64,000 nt of DNA from Camelus dromedarius (GCF_036321535.1 NC_087437.1:8990001-9054000), one strand, 5' to 3'. Shown: positions 34,352-48,296, counted from the stretch's first letter. Numbers and translations are program-made. The notes: generated by a model not told the origin, from the sequence alone.

Positions 34352-37300
34352 AATTTTTTTTCAGTTATATAGAGACAGACAGACATCACTGTATAAGTTT
34401 AAGGTGTACAGAATAATGATTTGCTTACAAATATTGTGAAATGATTACTATAATAGATTTAGTTAACATCCATCGTCCCATATAGATATAATAAAAAGAG
34501 AAAGCAAAAAAAAGAAAATTTCCTTGTGATGAGAGCCCTGAGGATTTACTCTTAACAACTTAACATATACGTTATCCAGCAGTTCTAACTAGCGTCATCA
34601 TGCTGCACATTACATCGGTGGTACTAATGTACCTTGTAACTGGAAGTCTGTACCTTTCTGCCACCTTCCTCCAATCCACCCACCCTTCCCCCCACCCCCC
34701 ACTTCCGTTAACCACAAATATGATTTCTTTTTCTATGAGTCTTTTTTTTTTCCAGATTCCACATGTGAAATCATACAGGGTATGTCTTTCTCCATCTGAT
34801 TTATCTCACATTAGCTTTCAAGGTCCATCCATGTTGTCATATATATGTACATGTAACAACTTTATCCACACATCTGTTGATGAACACTTAGGTAGCTTGT
34901 ATTTCTTGGCTACTGTGAAGAATGCTGCAGTGGGAGTACTTATATCTTTTCAAGTTAGTGCTTTTATTTCTTTGGGTATTTCACCAGAAGTGGAATTGCT
35001 GGATCCTATGGTAGTTCTATTTTTAATTTTTTGAGGAACCTCCATACTGCTTTCCATAGTGACTGCATCAATTTACAGTCCCACCAGCAGTGCACTAGAG
35101 TTCCCTTTTCTCCACATCCTCCCCAGTATTTGTCATCTCTTGCTGTTTTGATGATAGCAGTCTGACTAGTTTATCTCTGTTATCATTGTCTCATCATGGA
35201 TTAATTTGAAAATCCTGAATGACTAGTGATATTGAGCATTTTTTCATGCACCTGTTCATATCTTGTATACTTTCTTTGGAAGAATGTCTATTCAAATATT
35301 TTCCCTATTTTTAAATTAAATCATTTGGGGTTTTTTGCTATCGAGTTTAATGAGTCCTTTACATGTTTTGGATATTAACCCCTTATCATGAGGATTTGAA
35401 AATACACTCTCCCGTTCTGTAGTTGTCTTTTCACTTGGTTGGTGATTTCTTTTGCTGTGCAGAAGCTTAAAGTTTCATGTAGTCCCAATTGTTTATTTAG
35501 ATTTTGTTGCATGTACTTTCCATGTCATATCAAGAACATAGTTGCCAAGACCCACGTCAAGGAGCTTTTTTTGGTACATTTTCTTCCAGCAGTATCATGA
35601 TTTTCAGTCATAAGTTTAAATCTTCAATCCATTTTAAGTTAACTTTTGTAAGTGCTGTAAGAAAGGGTCTAATTTCTTTTCTTAACAAGTGAATATCTAG
35701 TTTTCTCAGCACCATTTGTTGAAGAGACTCTTGTCTCCATTGAATATTCTTGGCACCCTCATCAAACATTAGTTAACCGCATATGGTTGGGTTTATCTCT
35801 GGTCTCTCAATTCTATCCCATGAATCTATTTGCCAGTCTTTATGACAGAATATACTGTACTGATTACTATAGCTTTATAGTATGGTTTGAAATTAGAACG
35901 TGTGTTACCTTCTGCTTTGTTCTTTCTCAGGATTTCTTTGGCTATTTAGGGTTCTATGTCTTTTGATTGAAGAATTTAATCTGTTTATATTTAAAGTAAT
36001 TATTGAGAAGTATAGACTTACTGTTGACATTTTTGACGTTTCTGGATGTTTGTAGATTTATTTTTGTTTGTTTCTTATCCTGCTGCCTTTTTTTGTACTT
36101 TGATATCTTCTATCAGGAATGTTTTGCCTTGTCATGTACTTTACTGTAATCATTACAAGTTTTTTTTCTCATGGTTGTGATGATGCTTACCTAAAATATT
36201 TTAAAAATAAAACACTATTTTAAACAATGACAATTCAAATTCAATAAAATTTCTATATTTTACACTTTTACTTTACCTCCCCCTCACATTTCAGGTTATT
36301 GATGTCACAGTTTACATATTGTTTTATATCATGTACATGGTAACAGATAATTTTAGTTATGGTTTTTTAATGCATTTGTTTTTTAATTTTTAAACTAGAG
36401 TTGTAAATGAAGTAGCATCACCATTACTGCAGACTCCAGTTTCCACTACATGTTTACCATTACCAGTGAGTTTTTCACTGCCTTCTCACCTTTTTATGAT
36501 GTTAATTAGCATTCTTTCACTCCTACTCAAAAAACTCCCTCTAGTATTTCATGTAAGGCAGGTCTAGTGGTGATAAATTCCTTCAGCTTTTGTTTGTTTG
36601 GAAAAGTCTTTATTCCTCCTTCATTCCTGAAGGACAGTTTTGTCAGTTATAAAAATCTTCATTTACAAAAGTGTTGACAGTATTTTCTTTCAATATTTCC
36701 ATTTGTCATCCCATTCTCTTCTGGCCTGAAAAGTTTCTGTTGAGAAATCACCAGTAGCCTTATGGAAGTTCCCTTGTATGTAATTTCTCTCTTTTTTCTT
36801 GCCAATTAAAAAATTTTGTCTACATCTTTGACTTTCAGCAATCTAATTTTTCTCCATATAGCTATATTTGGATTCAACCTATCTGGGAGTCTTTTGGGCT
36901 TCTTGGATCTGGATGTCTTTTTCTCTCCCCAGGTTTGGGATGTTTTCAGCCATTACTGGTTTTTTTCTGTTCCCTTCTCTCTCCTCTCCCCCTGGAATTC
37001 CCATAATAAAAATGCAAATATTGTTTCTTTTTGTTGTGTCCTAGAAATCCTATAAGGCTTTCTTCACTCTTCATTCTTTTTTATTCTTTCTCTTTTTTTC
37101 TTTTTCTTTTTTCTTTTTCCTTTCTCTCTTTCTCTATTTTTTTTTTTTTTCCTCTTCTGACTGAATAATTTTTCAAAAGTCCTGTCTTCCTGGTTGCTGA
37201 CTTTTCTTTATGGTCAAGTCTGCTTTTTAAGCTCTCTTTTGAATTCTTCAGTTCAGTTACTGTATTTTTCAGCTCTAGGATATCTTTTTAGTTCTTTTGA

Positions 37301-39035
37301 TGATTTCTATTTCTTTGTTGAGCTTCTCCTTTTATTCATGAATTGGTTTCCTAACTCTGTTTTGTTGTCTGTCTCTGTGTTCCTGTAGTTTGCTAAACTT
37401 CTTTAAAAGAATTATTCTGAATTCTTCATCTATAGTTTATAGATCTCCATTTTTTTAGAGTTTGCTAGTGGAGTTTTATTCGTTTCCTTCGGTGATGCCA
37501 TATTTACTTGATTTTTCATGATCCTTGATTCCCTAATTGGTATCTGCCCATTGAGTAAGCGGTGTCTTTTTCCAGACTTAGAGGTAGTTCTTTACCAGTC
37601 AGCTCATCTTGGGTTTCTGGACATCTCTGCTGGTGATGTTCTTGGGCAGGTGGGGCCAGCTAGGAGGGTCCATTTTAGAGTGAGGCACCTGTTTGAGCTC
37701 TGAGGTGAAGGGTGTGCCATTGGTAGAGAATAGCTCAAGAGGACTGCTGGCTTGGTTTCTGCTCAAGTGAAGGTTTAGGATGGGCTTTGTGGTTGCTGGA
37801 TTTTCTGGTCAGGCCAGGGACTGGGTATACACTGAGTAGTAGATGGAGCTGTGAATTGGCTTCCCTGTCCTGGCAGGGAAGTAGGAGAGGAGTGAGGGCC
37901 TACACAGCTCATTGGGGACCCAAATCAGGCAAGAGTAGAGTGCGCACTGACTATGCTAGTCAAGTAAGGCCACCAGTTTTGCTCTGCAGGTGGGGAAAGC
38001 CACAGGCTGTGCTCTTTGTCCCGATGCCACCGTACGCAGGGCTGCTGGATGGGCTGTGCGGCTTCCTGTGTGCCCTATTATGGTTCACCGTTCAGATGGG
38101 CTGAAGGCTGTACTCGGCAAGCAGCGGGTTACAAATTAGTTTCCTGCCCAGGAGCAGCAGGAGAAGCAGCTCCAAGGCCAATAGGGTTACTCACTGTGAT
38201 CGTGACTCAAGCCAACCTGTGCCCCCAGTTCCCTGGCTGGACGGGGAACTGTCTTTGCTCTGGTGGTGATCAACTCAGCCTGCCCACTTCTTGGATCGAG
38301 AGTCCCTGGGTTATGCAGCTTGCAAGTGTTCTTGCCAGCCCTTCCTGACAGATGGGATTGGGAGCCATGTTCCACAGCAGGTGAGGCTGTGACTCAGCTC
38401 TTCTGTCTAACTGGGGAAAGAGCAGGCTCCAGCAGGGGCAAAACCCCCGTCTGGGGATCTGAATTAGGAAGACCTACACCCCACCAAGTTGCCTGGTCAG
38501 ACTATTCCACTGAGTTCTGTGCATGAGCAAAGCCACTGGCTGGGACTACACCTTGGGCTTTGCAGTTAGGAACTCCATCGGCCAAGATCCAAGCTGGTTG
38601 TTGGAAACCCCTCCCCTCTTCTCTGTCATAGTCGGTTTCCTAGGGATTCATTTCAGCCCTGCAGAGTTCCCTGTTATACCTATGGAGACAAACCAGAGTA
38701 GGCAGTCCCACGAAGCATTCCACGGTGCTAGGGGAACTGGATATAACCTTTTGGTTTCTCTTTTTCCACTGGAGGAACCAGAGGCTAAGGAAGGGCCTGT
38801 AGGCATGATGCTGGGGCAGACTGGGGGAGGGGCAATGCAGTCAGCAAGCAGCCATTCCTCTTTCCCTTCTAATGCAGTCTATCTTGGTCTCTATGGTGCA
38901 GGGCAGGCTTCAGCCTTACTCCCATGTTCTAAGATTCCCTCAGTGGTGTCATCATGAATAGTGTTAGTCGTTCTTCTTGTAAGGGGGTGCTAAGGCAGGA
39001 ACAATCTATGTTGCCATCTTGATGACATCATTCTC
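34352..39035 (-). mobile_element. L1 with both termini but an internal deletion of most of ORF2 (EN and RT)
   Basis: 5' end tgatgtcatcaagatggc (~39030), ~1.5 kb GC-rich 5'UTR, degenerate ORF1, ORF2 start fused at ~35953 to late ORF2, 3'UTR; TSD tgcctttaat (34342-34351 / 39036-39045). Confidence 0.88.
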
Positions 39036-39598
39036 TGCCTTTAATCTTCATTGAACACTACCCCAGGTTAATCTCGTCTTCTTTCCACTGGCCCCCTGAT
39101 GAAGAACCAACATGGCCCTCCAATGTTTACCCATCAATTTTTATCACTTCAACTTATCACTTATATTCCTTAGGAGCAGGTCTTTAGATAACTCAGGCAA
39201 ATTCCTCTCCAAAAGCTTCTGCCCTGGTAAAAGCAGCCTCCCTTGCAATTGGCCCAAACACTGATTCCAACCTTCACACATTGGTTTGTGATGTGAATTT
39301 CAACTGGAATGCCTTACCCTGCTCTTTGGAAGTTCTTAGCTTGCCTGTGGCTTGTACAAGCTTAGTCATTATTTCTTCATTGTATGTCCCTTATAACATC
39401 CTTGAACTCCTCAATTATTCCAGGATTCAGTCTGACAGTGGTGGATGGTAGAATCTACTAGTTTTCACTGAATAATATGAAACTTTGTATTCAGATATAA
39501 TAGTGGCTTGTTAATTGTTTTATGTGTAAATTTTCTTGACTCTCCAATTGCTGAGTTGCTACTGGGATCTTTTACTGTTTTAAAAAACATTCTACCAA

Positions 39599-40371
39599 TA
39601 ATAAATGCTGGAGAGGGTATAGAGAAAAGGGAACCCTCCTATACTGCTGGTGGGAATGAAATTTGGTGCACCCTTTATGGAAAACAGTATGGAAATTCCT
39701 CAAAAAACTAAAAATAAACTTACCATATGATCCAGCAATTCCACTTCTGGGCATATATCTTGAGGGAAGTCTAATTTGAAAAGATACATACACCTCATTG
39801 TTCACAGCTGCACTGTTTACAATAGCCAAGACATGCAAACAACCTAAACGCCCATCAGCAAATGACTAGATAAAGAAGTTGTGGTGTATTTATACAATGG
39901 AATACTACTCAGCTATAAAAAAAGAATAAAATAATGCCATTTGTAGCAACATGGATGGACTTGTAAGTCATCATTCTAAGTGAAGTAAGACAGAAAGAGA
40001 AAGAAAAATCCCACATGATATCACTCATATGTGGAATCTTAAAAAAAAATAAAGACAAATGAACTTATTTATAAAACAGAAACAGACTCACAGACATAGA
40101 AAACAATCCTGTGGTTACCAGGAAGGAAAGGGGATGGGAAGGGATAAATTGGGAGCTTGAGGTTTGTAGATGCTAACTTCTATATATAAAATAGATAAAC
40201 AAGTTTCTTCTGTATAGCACAGGGAACTATATTCAGTATCTTGTAGTAACCTATAATAAAAAGAATATGAAATTGAATATATATAAGTATATGTATGATT
40301 GAAACATTACGCTGGACACCAGAAACTGACACAACATTGCAAACTTACTATACTTCAATTAAAAAAAAAAA
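39599..40371 (+). mobile_element. 5'-truncated, relatively young L1 (ORF2 end, 3'UTR, poly(A))
   Basis: [21 protein letters not shown]2 phrase; poly(A); TSD aaaaacattctaccaa (39583-39598) / aacaacattgtaccaa (40372-40387). Confidence 0.93.
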
Positions 40372-41314
40372 AACAACATTGTACCAAGTATTGTGCTTGT
40401 TGGGCTGCTTAAAACAAACAAACAAACAAATGACTTCATCAGTTATGTTTCCAAGAAAGAGTCCCAGTGTATCAGATTGCTGTGGGGTTATCTGAGGACA
40501 AATGGGTGTCATAGGGGCAAAACATTCACAAACAAATTATACATGTAGACATCCAACACACTATTTCCACTACTGTCTTAGGAATGGCTAGGGTAATAGA
40601 CATTCATAAAATTAGTGTCCCAGGTATAGGTATTTGTGTATTTCTCCTACTTAGAGTCATATTCAAAGAACCCTGAATACAATTGAGCCAAACGCTCAGC
40701 CAATGAGATGCCCACGTGTAGTTCAGTTATTGTTTTAGATGTGAATCACAGTCGTGTGGTGCAAGATGGAATATCATATGTCAAAGCATATGCCTGCCAC
40801 TGAAGCCAAATGCAGGCAACATATGCTTGGGAGTAAAATATTTGTAAGTCTTACTGCTTATCAAAAATTAATGAAAACAACTGTGTGTGTTTATGCTATT
40901 TTGGGTATATAAGCAGATCAGCAGGGTTAATTGTAGAAACTGTTTTTGCAAAACAGTCAAGTGTAGCTTTTTCAAGCAGTGATGCTTCCTTTCTACACCT
41001 CTACTCTGAAACACACACCTACTCACCCTCGCCTCAGAAACACACTCACACCAACACACATTTATTACGGGGGATGAGGTGAGTTTTGGAAACTCTATAG
41101 AGTCTTTAGCTCAGAATTATTTTTTTCTCCCACAGTATAGGAAGTTAATCATTTAAAGTTCCCTTCTGGAAATGTTCATATTTTCCCCAAATAAAACCCT
41201 TGTGTAAATTTGAAATAGAAGCCATGAAAAAAAAATATATATGTAAAGCTTCCATGTTTATAAAGTATGTTCATTTATATGGACTTGTATAATTTTAAAG
41301 CAGTCTGGTGGTAG

Positions 41315-41450
41315 ATATTTTCATCTTTATTTTATAGGTGAAGGAGTTGAGATTCCACTAGGTAATGTCACTTCCATAGTTGGTTTTGTTTGTTTGTTTG
41401 TATCATAATTGGTTTTGATGAAGCCAGGTCTTGAACCCTTATCTGCTTCT
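41315..41450 (-). mobile_element. MIR fragment
   Basis: tattttcatctttattttataggtgaaggagttgag...gaagccaggtcttgaaccc. Confidence 0.6.
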
Positions 41451-42284
41451 TCCGCTCCCAGGGTAGTTTCAGACTGTAGCTGTTCAGCACCATTTGAGTG
41501 ATATCATATTAGAAACCAGCAGATGTTCAGATTAAACACTGGATTGTGGATAAAAGCTGGAATAGTTGCATCTGACTTCATCACCACCAGACCAAACATT
41601 TGTGGGCTTCAGGAGAATGTTTGGTACAAGGAGATTGGGCTGTTCCATTAGGAAACTCAATGTTGTCTCTGGTTCTTGGCCAACAAGCAATATAAGCAAA
41701 CTTTTTTCAAAGGTGATGACACATCCTCTCTGAAACCTGAGTGTTCAATCTAACTCCATGGTCTTCTTCACCTCTGATAGGTGGTGTGGCTTCTCTCTAA
41801 ACCCCTACATCCTATCATTATTCAAACCTTGACAATTCTATTCCCATCATGTCCATTTTACCCTCCTCTCCTCTCTATGCCACCCACACTGCCTTAATTC
41901 AGGTCTCCGTCAACCTCTCTCCAGGACTCTTGCTGAAGTCCTTTAACTGGTCTTGCTTTCATTCTCTTTCTCAATTTTACATTGAGCACTTCCACAATAG
42001 TTATTTTCTTAGTGTGAATCCAATCATATCTCCTACATCCCATTTGTTCTTAAGAGTCTTCTGAGCATAGAATATTTTAATATATTAATATATTTTTAAT
42101 AATTATGGATACAGGAATAATCTGCATTTTTTTGACTTATCTATGCTAGTTTTTATGTGAGATTGCCTCATATCCATATTGCATTTTTTAGGTCCTGTCT
42201 AACTCTTTAAACCAGGTATCATGTAGGCTATGACATGTAAAGAGGGCTTATGATGCTGTTGGCTATTTCAGTCTTAGTCTAGAA

Positions 42285-42575
42285 TAGCGCTGTCCAGGCC
42301 ACATATGTAATTTTTAAATGTTCTATGAACTACATTAGACAAAATTTAAAATAAATAGGTTAAATGAATTTTAATAATACTTCAGTTAAACCTACTCTAT
42401 TTCTATTTTAACATATAATCAACACAATAACATTGAGATATTGTCTTTGTTAAGACTAAGCATATGAAATCCAGTAAGTTCGTTTCATTCTTACAGCACA
42501 TCTCAATTCAAACTAACCACAATTCAAGTGCTCAGTAACTCCATGTGGTGTAGGGTACTGTACATGACAGCACAA
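42285..42575. mobile_element. hAT-Charlie MITE (MER33-like)
   Basis: gcgctgtcca...cttacagcacatctcaattca...ttcaagtgctcagta...gacagcac. Confidence 0.75.
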
Positions 42576-42789
42576 AGCCAAGAACTCCGTGTCCCACTTG
42601 CCCTCGCTCCCCTCTCATTCATGGCCAAACTTCTAGAAAATCCTTGCTTTCTGGAATTGATCACCATTCAGTATCTTCAACCCTAGCAGTCGGACTTTTG
42701 TCCCGCTTTCATACCAGAATGACTTCCGCCAGAGTCTCCAGCAAGTTTCTTGTTGCCACATACAATGCCAGCCTTCTCGCTTCAGCAGT

Positions 42790-43700
42790 GGCTCTGAATA
42801 AATTAAGGGCCAACTGGAAACACAAGAACCATGCCAGGTGTTTCAAATGAAAGCGATTTAATACAAGATAACCACTGAAAAAAAAATCCACAATAATCAT
42901 TGAAAAAATACAAGAATTAAAATAACCTCAATCTGCTTGGAGTATTAATTTTAAAAGGGGGAACAGAATGGCACAAGGTGAAGCTAGAAGATTATTACAC
43001 AGAGTCGTGTAGGAAGTGTTTAGGAATTTGAGTGCTGAAGGGCTAAGGGAGCAAGAACAGGAAGCATGTTAGGGTAGGAAGTAACTCCAGTGAACTTGAA
43101 CCATCCCCGGACAGGGGGAAGTTCAGGGCCACACTTGCAGCCGACACTGGTGCGAGTGACTGCTGCTGGTGCTAAAATCACTGCCTGGATTGACACAACA
43201 TTGTAAACTGACTATACTTCAATTATATATATATATAGTGTGTGTATATACACTATACACACTATATATACATACACACACTATATATACACACACACAT
43301 ATAATATATTGTATATATATATTTACATATATTTTATTTTATTGTATATATATGTGCAATATATTGTATATATAGTATATATTGTGTATATATAGGATAT
43401 ATTGTGTATATATATATAGTGTGTGTATATATATACTATATATATATAGTATATATAAATTTAAAATCACTGCATGGGAATCTTTGGCATCAGGGGAGCC
43501 CACATGCAGCAGACATGGTTGCTACTGCTGGAGACATCATCAGGAAGTAACAGAAAAAGATCAGTAGCTTCTTCCTCTTCACATCTCCCAGTTTCCACAA
43601 GGTCTCTCTCACTACTCAAACCAAAGCAGAATCCAGCTAGCAAGGAAGTCTGGGGAACGTAGTTTTGAGTAGTCCGCCTCCCCAAGGTGCACAGCTGAAC
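42790..43700. mobile_element. Ancient LTR (LTR78/MLT-like), interrupted at 43189-43461
   Basis: gaaccatgccaggtgtttcaa...gatttaatac and ccagctagcaaggaagtctggggaacgtagttt; family uncertain. Confidence 0.45.
43189..43461 (+). mobile_element. ~35-bp L1 3' terminus with a ~240-bp TA/CA/TG microsatellite tail
   Basis: attgacacaacattgtaaactgactatacttcaat matches 40326-40359; TSD taaaatcactgcctgg (43173-43188) / taaaatcactgcatgg (43462-43477). Confidence 0.88.
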
Positions 43701-44250
43701 ATTGATGAAATCCAGTCATTTTCTGGTAGTATCTTTAGGATTTCCTAGGTATAGTATCATGTCATCAGCAAACACTTAATTTTTTACTTCTTTATTTCCA
43801 ATTTAAATTCCTTTCTGTTCGGCTGCCATAGCTGAGACCTCCAAAGCTAGGTTGAATAAAAGTGGTGAGAGTGGGCATCCTTGTCTTGTTCCTGATCTTA
43901 GAGGAAATGCTTTCAGCTTTTCTCCACTGAGTATGATGTTAGCTGTGGGGTTTGTCATCTAAGGGCTTCATTATGTTGAGGTATGTTCCCTCTATGCCCA
44001 CTTTTTGAAGATTTTTTTATCAGAAATGGATGTTGAATTCTATCAGAAAGTCTCTAGTCAAAAGACTTTTTTTGCATCTATTGAGAAGTTCATATAGCTT
44101 TGATTCTTCACTTTGTTAACGTGGTGTATCACATTGATTTGCAGAAATGGAAAATTCCTTGTATTCTTGGAGTAAATCCCACTTGATCATGATATATGAT
44201 CCTTTAAATGTATTTTTGGAGTCCATTTGCTAGTATTTCATTATTGTTCA
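43700..44250 (-). mobile_element. L1 ORF2 reverse-transcriptase-region fragment
   Basis: gagtgggcatccttgtcttgttcctgatcttagaggaaatgctttc is the antisense of [18 protein letters not shown]. Confidence 0.9.
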
Positions 44251-44429
44251 AATATATTTATTGAACATAAGGAATTATTTTCCTTATAATGATTCTCAAA
44301 TCTCAATTTCTCTGTCTTCCCTAAACTTCGGAAACAAACCAAACAAACCACCCACTGGAGAACCCTGGTTGGATTTATCATGTGCATATGGAATTTAGAA
44401 TGTTGTTGAAAATTAGAAGTCATCCTAGC

Positions 44430-45205
44430 CTCTTCAGTAACTCTCTTCATCCTTGATCACATTTATTCCATCTTGGCCAGTGAACGGCATCATAACCCAG
44501 GCAGAAACTCACCAGAGCTCCCTTTCATCACAGCATCCAGTCAGCAAGTCATGTTCACTCTGCTTACTGAGGATTTCTCAAAATTTCCTCTTTCCAGAAA
44601 CCACGGATGTTTTCCTAGGGCAATTGATCGTCATGTCTTGTTTGGGTTCTTGCATCAGTTTCCTAGTTAGTCTCACTGCATTCATTCTCTTTTCTATACT
44701 GCAGTTTGAGTGATTTCTTTCATACGCAGATCCAAATGCATCATTTTTCTTCCTACAACCCCTACTAGACTCTGTAAGATTTTCTCTTGTTACATTTCTA
44801 GCCCCATTTCCTGTCTTTTCCTTCCCCCTTTGGAGGTCGCCAGTCTCAACGGAACTGATTCCATTTCCAACTTTCTCTTTTCTCTTGACCTTGGTGTTTG
44901 TTGTTTCTTTTGCGGGTGGCACACACTCATCCTCCTCTCCTTCGCTTCACTACTCACTCTGCTCCTCACCTGAACACTCCAACTCATATACCAGATCTCA
45001 GAAGATATGTTCCTTCATCCAAGAAGACATCCTTGGCTCCTGGCCCCGACACATCTCAATCTGTCATAAGAGAAAGCATTCTCTATCTTAAGTACCTGCT
45101 CTCATCACCCCACTCTAAAATGTAAGTTCTTGCCAGTTTTCTTCCTTAGCACAATATTTGGCACATAATACATGTTCAATAAATATTTTTGAACAAATAA
45201 GTGGA
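44430..45205 (+). mobile_element. L2 remnant
   Basis: Pyrimidine-rich body ending tggcacataata...ttcaataaatatttttgaa. Confidence 0.55.
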
Positions 45206-48184
45206 TAAAGAGTTGAATGGAGACATGGGGCTAGATGGAAATATGGATGACTTCCCTAACATCCTTTAATATCTTTGCTCTTTTCACTTCAATGTATTGC
45301 ATCAACACAGATGGCTCATTATATTTCAGTCCATCCTATCTTCTTGGGAAGATACACATGGATTGTAAAAAGTCACGTCCAGTTCAAGCTATTTTCTCCG
45401 CATTCCTTTACTGAGTCATCAATCGAGAGAATAAAGGGCCCATGGGGCAGTTATAACTTTCTTGATAATTGTGCCTCCCAGTGTGCAGTTCTTGGCTTCA
45501 TTAACATTACAGAGAATTGGGAGGAGATTGTGTTCACTTCTGCAGTTCCCCCAGCGTCCGGGAATGGGCTCTTGTCCCACAACTCTCTGGCAAATAAAAT
45601 AATAAGTTGATGCATAATGAATGAACATTTGTGCTCTAAGAAATAGCATTTTGTGTAAATTGTGCTCAAAAGTCACTTTCTTAAAGGAAAGGAGATCCCT
45701 ATCAACTTGGGAAAGCAGATCATTGGATCTGGGAGTTGTGGCAACTGCTTCACATAAGTGAACTCAGCAAACTATTCACTTCTTGCGGCTTGGATGCTCA
45801 AACCAAACAATTAAGTGAACAAAGGAAAAGACATTCTCTGTAAGAGTTTTAGTTCTAATATCGATTCCATTTTTTAAAAACTTGATTTTAAGGATTAAGA
45901 CACAAACAAGCATTCCTTAAAACGGCTCTCCTCCCACAAGAGTGTAAAATGTGAAATTGAAAAAGGTCCTTGAAAATTCTCTTGTTCAACCCATCCTCTA
46001 ATACCATGACTTTGTATTATAGATAAGCAAATAGATGCCCAGAAAAGAAGGTAAATTTCCCAAAGCAACACAATTCTAGTGACTCTACTGGGATTACAAC
46101 TTAAGTTTCTATGAAAAAAATACACTGATACTACTACTTGCTATGTATTTGGAAGTAACTAAGCATTTGGGTCTCCTTCCAACAAAGGTAATTACTTATA
46201 CAAAACCAGACTTTAACTTAAATTTCTGCCAAGATATACTGGCATACACAAGGGAGATGATGAGTGTTACTTTTAGTTATGAGATGGAAAGGAACAGGGT
46301 AAACTAAAAATAGTGTGTAAAACAAACTGCCAGAGCTATTTTGTCTCCTTATCCTAGACCTCCAGATTATAGCGACACATTTCAAGATAATTCTATTTAA
46401 CCTTTTCCTTGAGTGCCTGCTGCGAGGGGGAAAAAGTGGGTGGCAGGGGAGTGGAATCAATGGGAACCTTGAAATCAGGCAGTTGCTTTGGAAGAAAATT
46501 TGAAGCAATGGGAAAAGGTGACCTGAGATGGTAAATCTGCGGGCAGGTGTCCAGCAAAATAGTGCCTAATGGAGCAGTTATATGTATTCCAGTGTATTCC
46601 AGCTATTTTTATTTCTATCCAAATTTTCTGTAAGGACTGGTGGCCGGATTCTGCAAGTGGACCCCCACGGTGCTCCACCAGGTGCTAAGCTGTCAGCCAC
46701 CCGGGCAGCCACAGATCTGCAGTGAAGTCAGGAACAAGACAGGATGTGCTTATTAGCATCTCCATTTGGTGCCATCTAAAACATTCATATGAAAACACCC
46801 ATCTTGCTGCCTGCCCACCACTCCATCAGCACACTGCTGACAAAGGAAAAAGTCATGCTGAAAACTTCCTTTGAGGCCCCTCCATCCATCCAGCTCTCCT
46901 GGGAAGGACATCTAGTTTCCAGGGAAGGGTTAAGAGAGGCTGGGTGGGAAGCCAGGCCTCTGTGGCAGAGCCAGGCAGCCTGAACTCTCCTAGGAAGGTG
47001 AGTGCTTCCCCAATGAAGTGCGGCTGATGGGGCGAAGGCAGCAAGGCAGCTGCCCTGAGCCGTTCCAAGCCTGCAGTCACAGGGTGCTCAAATGCAGTGT
47101 TTTCAACTGACCCGTTCTAATTATGATGGATTGGAAGAAGATGCGACACACACTCCTTTATCCAGAAAAGTCTTGGAGGCCATCAAGGGTTCCAACCATT
47201 TCAAGAAAATAGTAAACTTGGGCAAATCCTCCTGAGGACAAGTAGGGGAGTTTATCCTTGGCAGAGGAGCGAGGACATTTGTATAAAATACTCAGCTCTC
47301 AAACACTCCTCATTTTCTGATAAAAAGAAAGAGATCATAGGTCAGATACCTTTTATTAGCCAACATGTGAGTAATCAATTACGGAGGATAACAGTAAAAA
47401 TGATATATGTGCTGTTCACTTGAAAGAGATCGTATCTTCTAGGAAAAACAGGCCAGTATGTAATATTTGGCCATATTGATCAAATAATTAGGCATACTTT
47501 GATTTGTTCACACAAGACCTCTCAAGGGATTTCTGCCTGTTCAGAATATATAAATTTCCCCTCAGCAGTAAAGACTTGAGTAAATCAGCTCGGCTCAGCA
47601 GTAAACTACACAAACTTGAAACTGGAAAACTCTTCTTTTCTTTTCTTTTCTTTTCTTTTCTTTTCTTGGTCCATATTTGTCCTCTGAGGCCCCTGGAATC
47701 TCAGAAAAAGATCTGCACAAGTCCAAAGGCAGAGACATATAAAAGAAAGAGAGTCCTCTGCCCTGCTCCTCAAATGACTCTAATCCATGGGCTTTGTGAT
47801 GATTTTGACTGGCTATGAGACTTGCAAGTTGAAATGATCAATCTGATACTACCCAATTCAGGAAGTATTTATTAAGCACTCATTATGTTCCTTTGCTATG
47901 ATAGTATTTAAGACAGGAATCTCACCCTCGAAAAATTTCTCAACTAGATGGTTTAGAATGCATTCTAAATAGTTACAGAATAATAGGAAATAGTCATTAG
48001 TGGTGAAGACAGGAAGGGCACCAAGACAGGAGGCGAAAAACATAAGAGAAGGCCAGAGCCCTTAGAAGGACTTTGTTCAAAACTAGAATAGCTCAGGGAT
48101 CTTGAAGGAAGAATGAACTCTCAATAAATGGAGAAAAGGAGGGAGAGATTAAGCTATGAAGTGGAGTATTGTCAAATAAAAAAA

Positions 48185-48296
48185 CATATATATACACACA
48201 TATATATAGTATAACTGAATCACTTTGCTGTACACCAGAAACTAACACAACACTCTGAACCAACTATATGTCAATAAAAATTTTAATAAATAAATG
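48185..48296 (+). mobile_element. Short L1 3' terminus
   Basis: ataactgaatcactttgctgtacaccagaaactaacacaac...tcaataaaaa. Confidence 0.8.

Noticed and set aside
37787..38957. Cluster of 87-144 aa ORFs in GC-rich sequence, also at 61549-63262
   Set aside because: These are L1 5'UTRs; GC richness lowers stop frequency and no protein motif is recognisable.
45275..45676. Overlapping ORFs in unique DNA (111 aa on +; 85 and 72 aa on -)
   Set aside because: No recognisable domain, non-ATG starts, and no convincing paired splice sites.
46672..46690. CTCF-like ccaccaggtgct
   Set aside because: Lacks the GGC of the core consensus; too weak to call.
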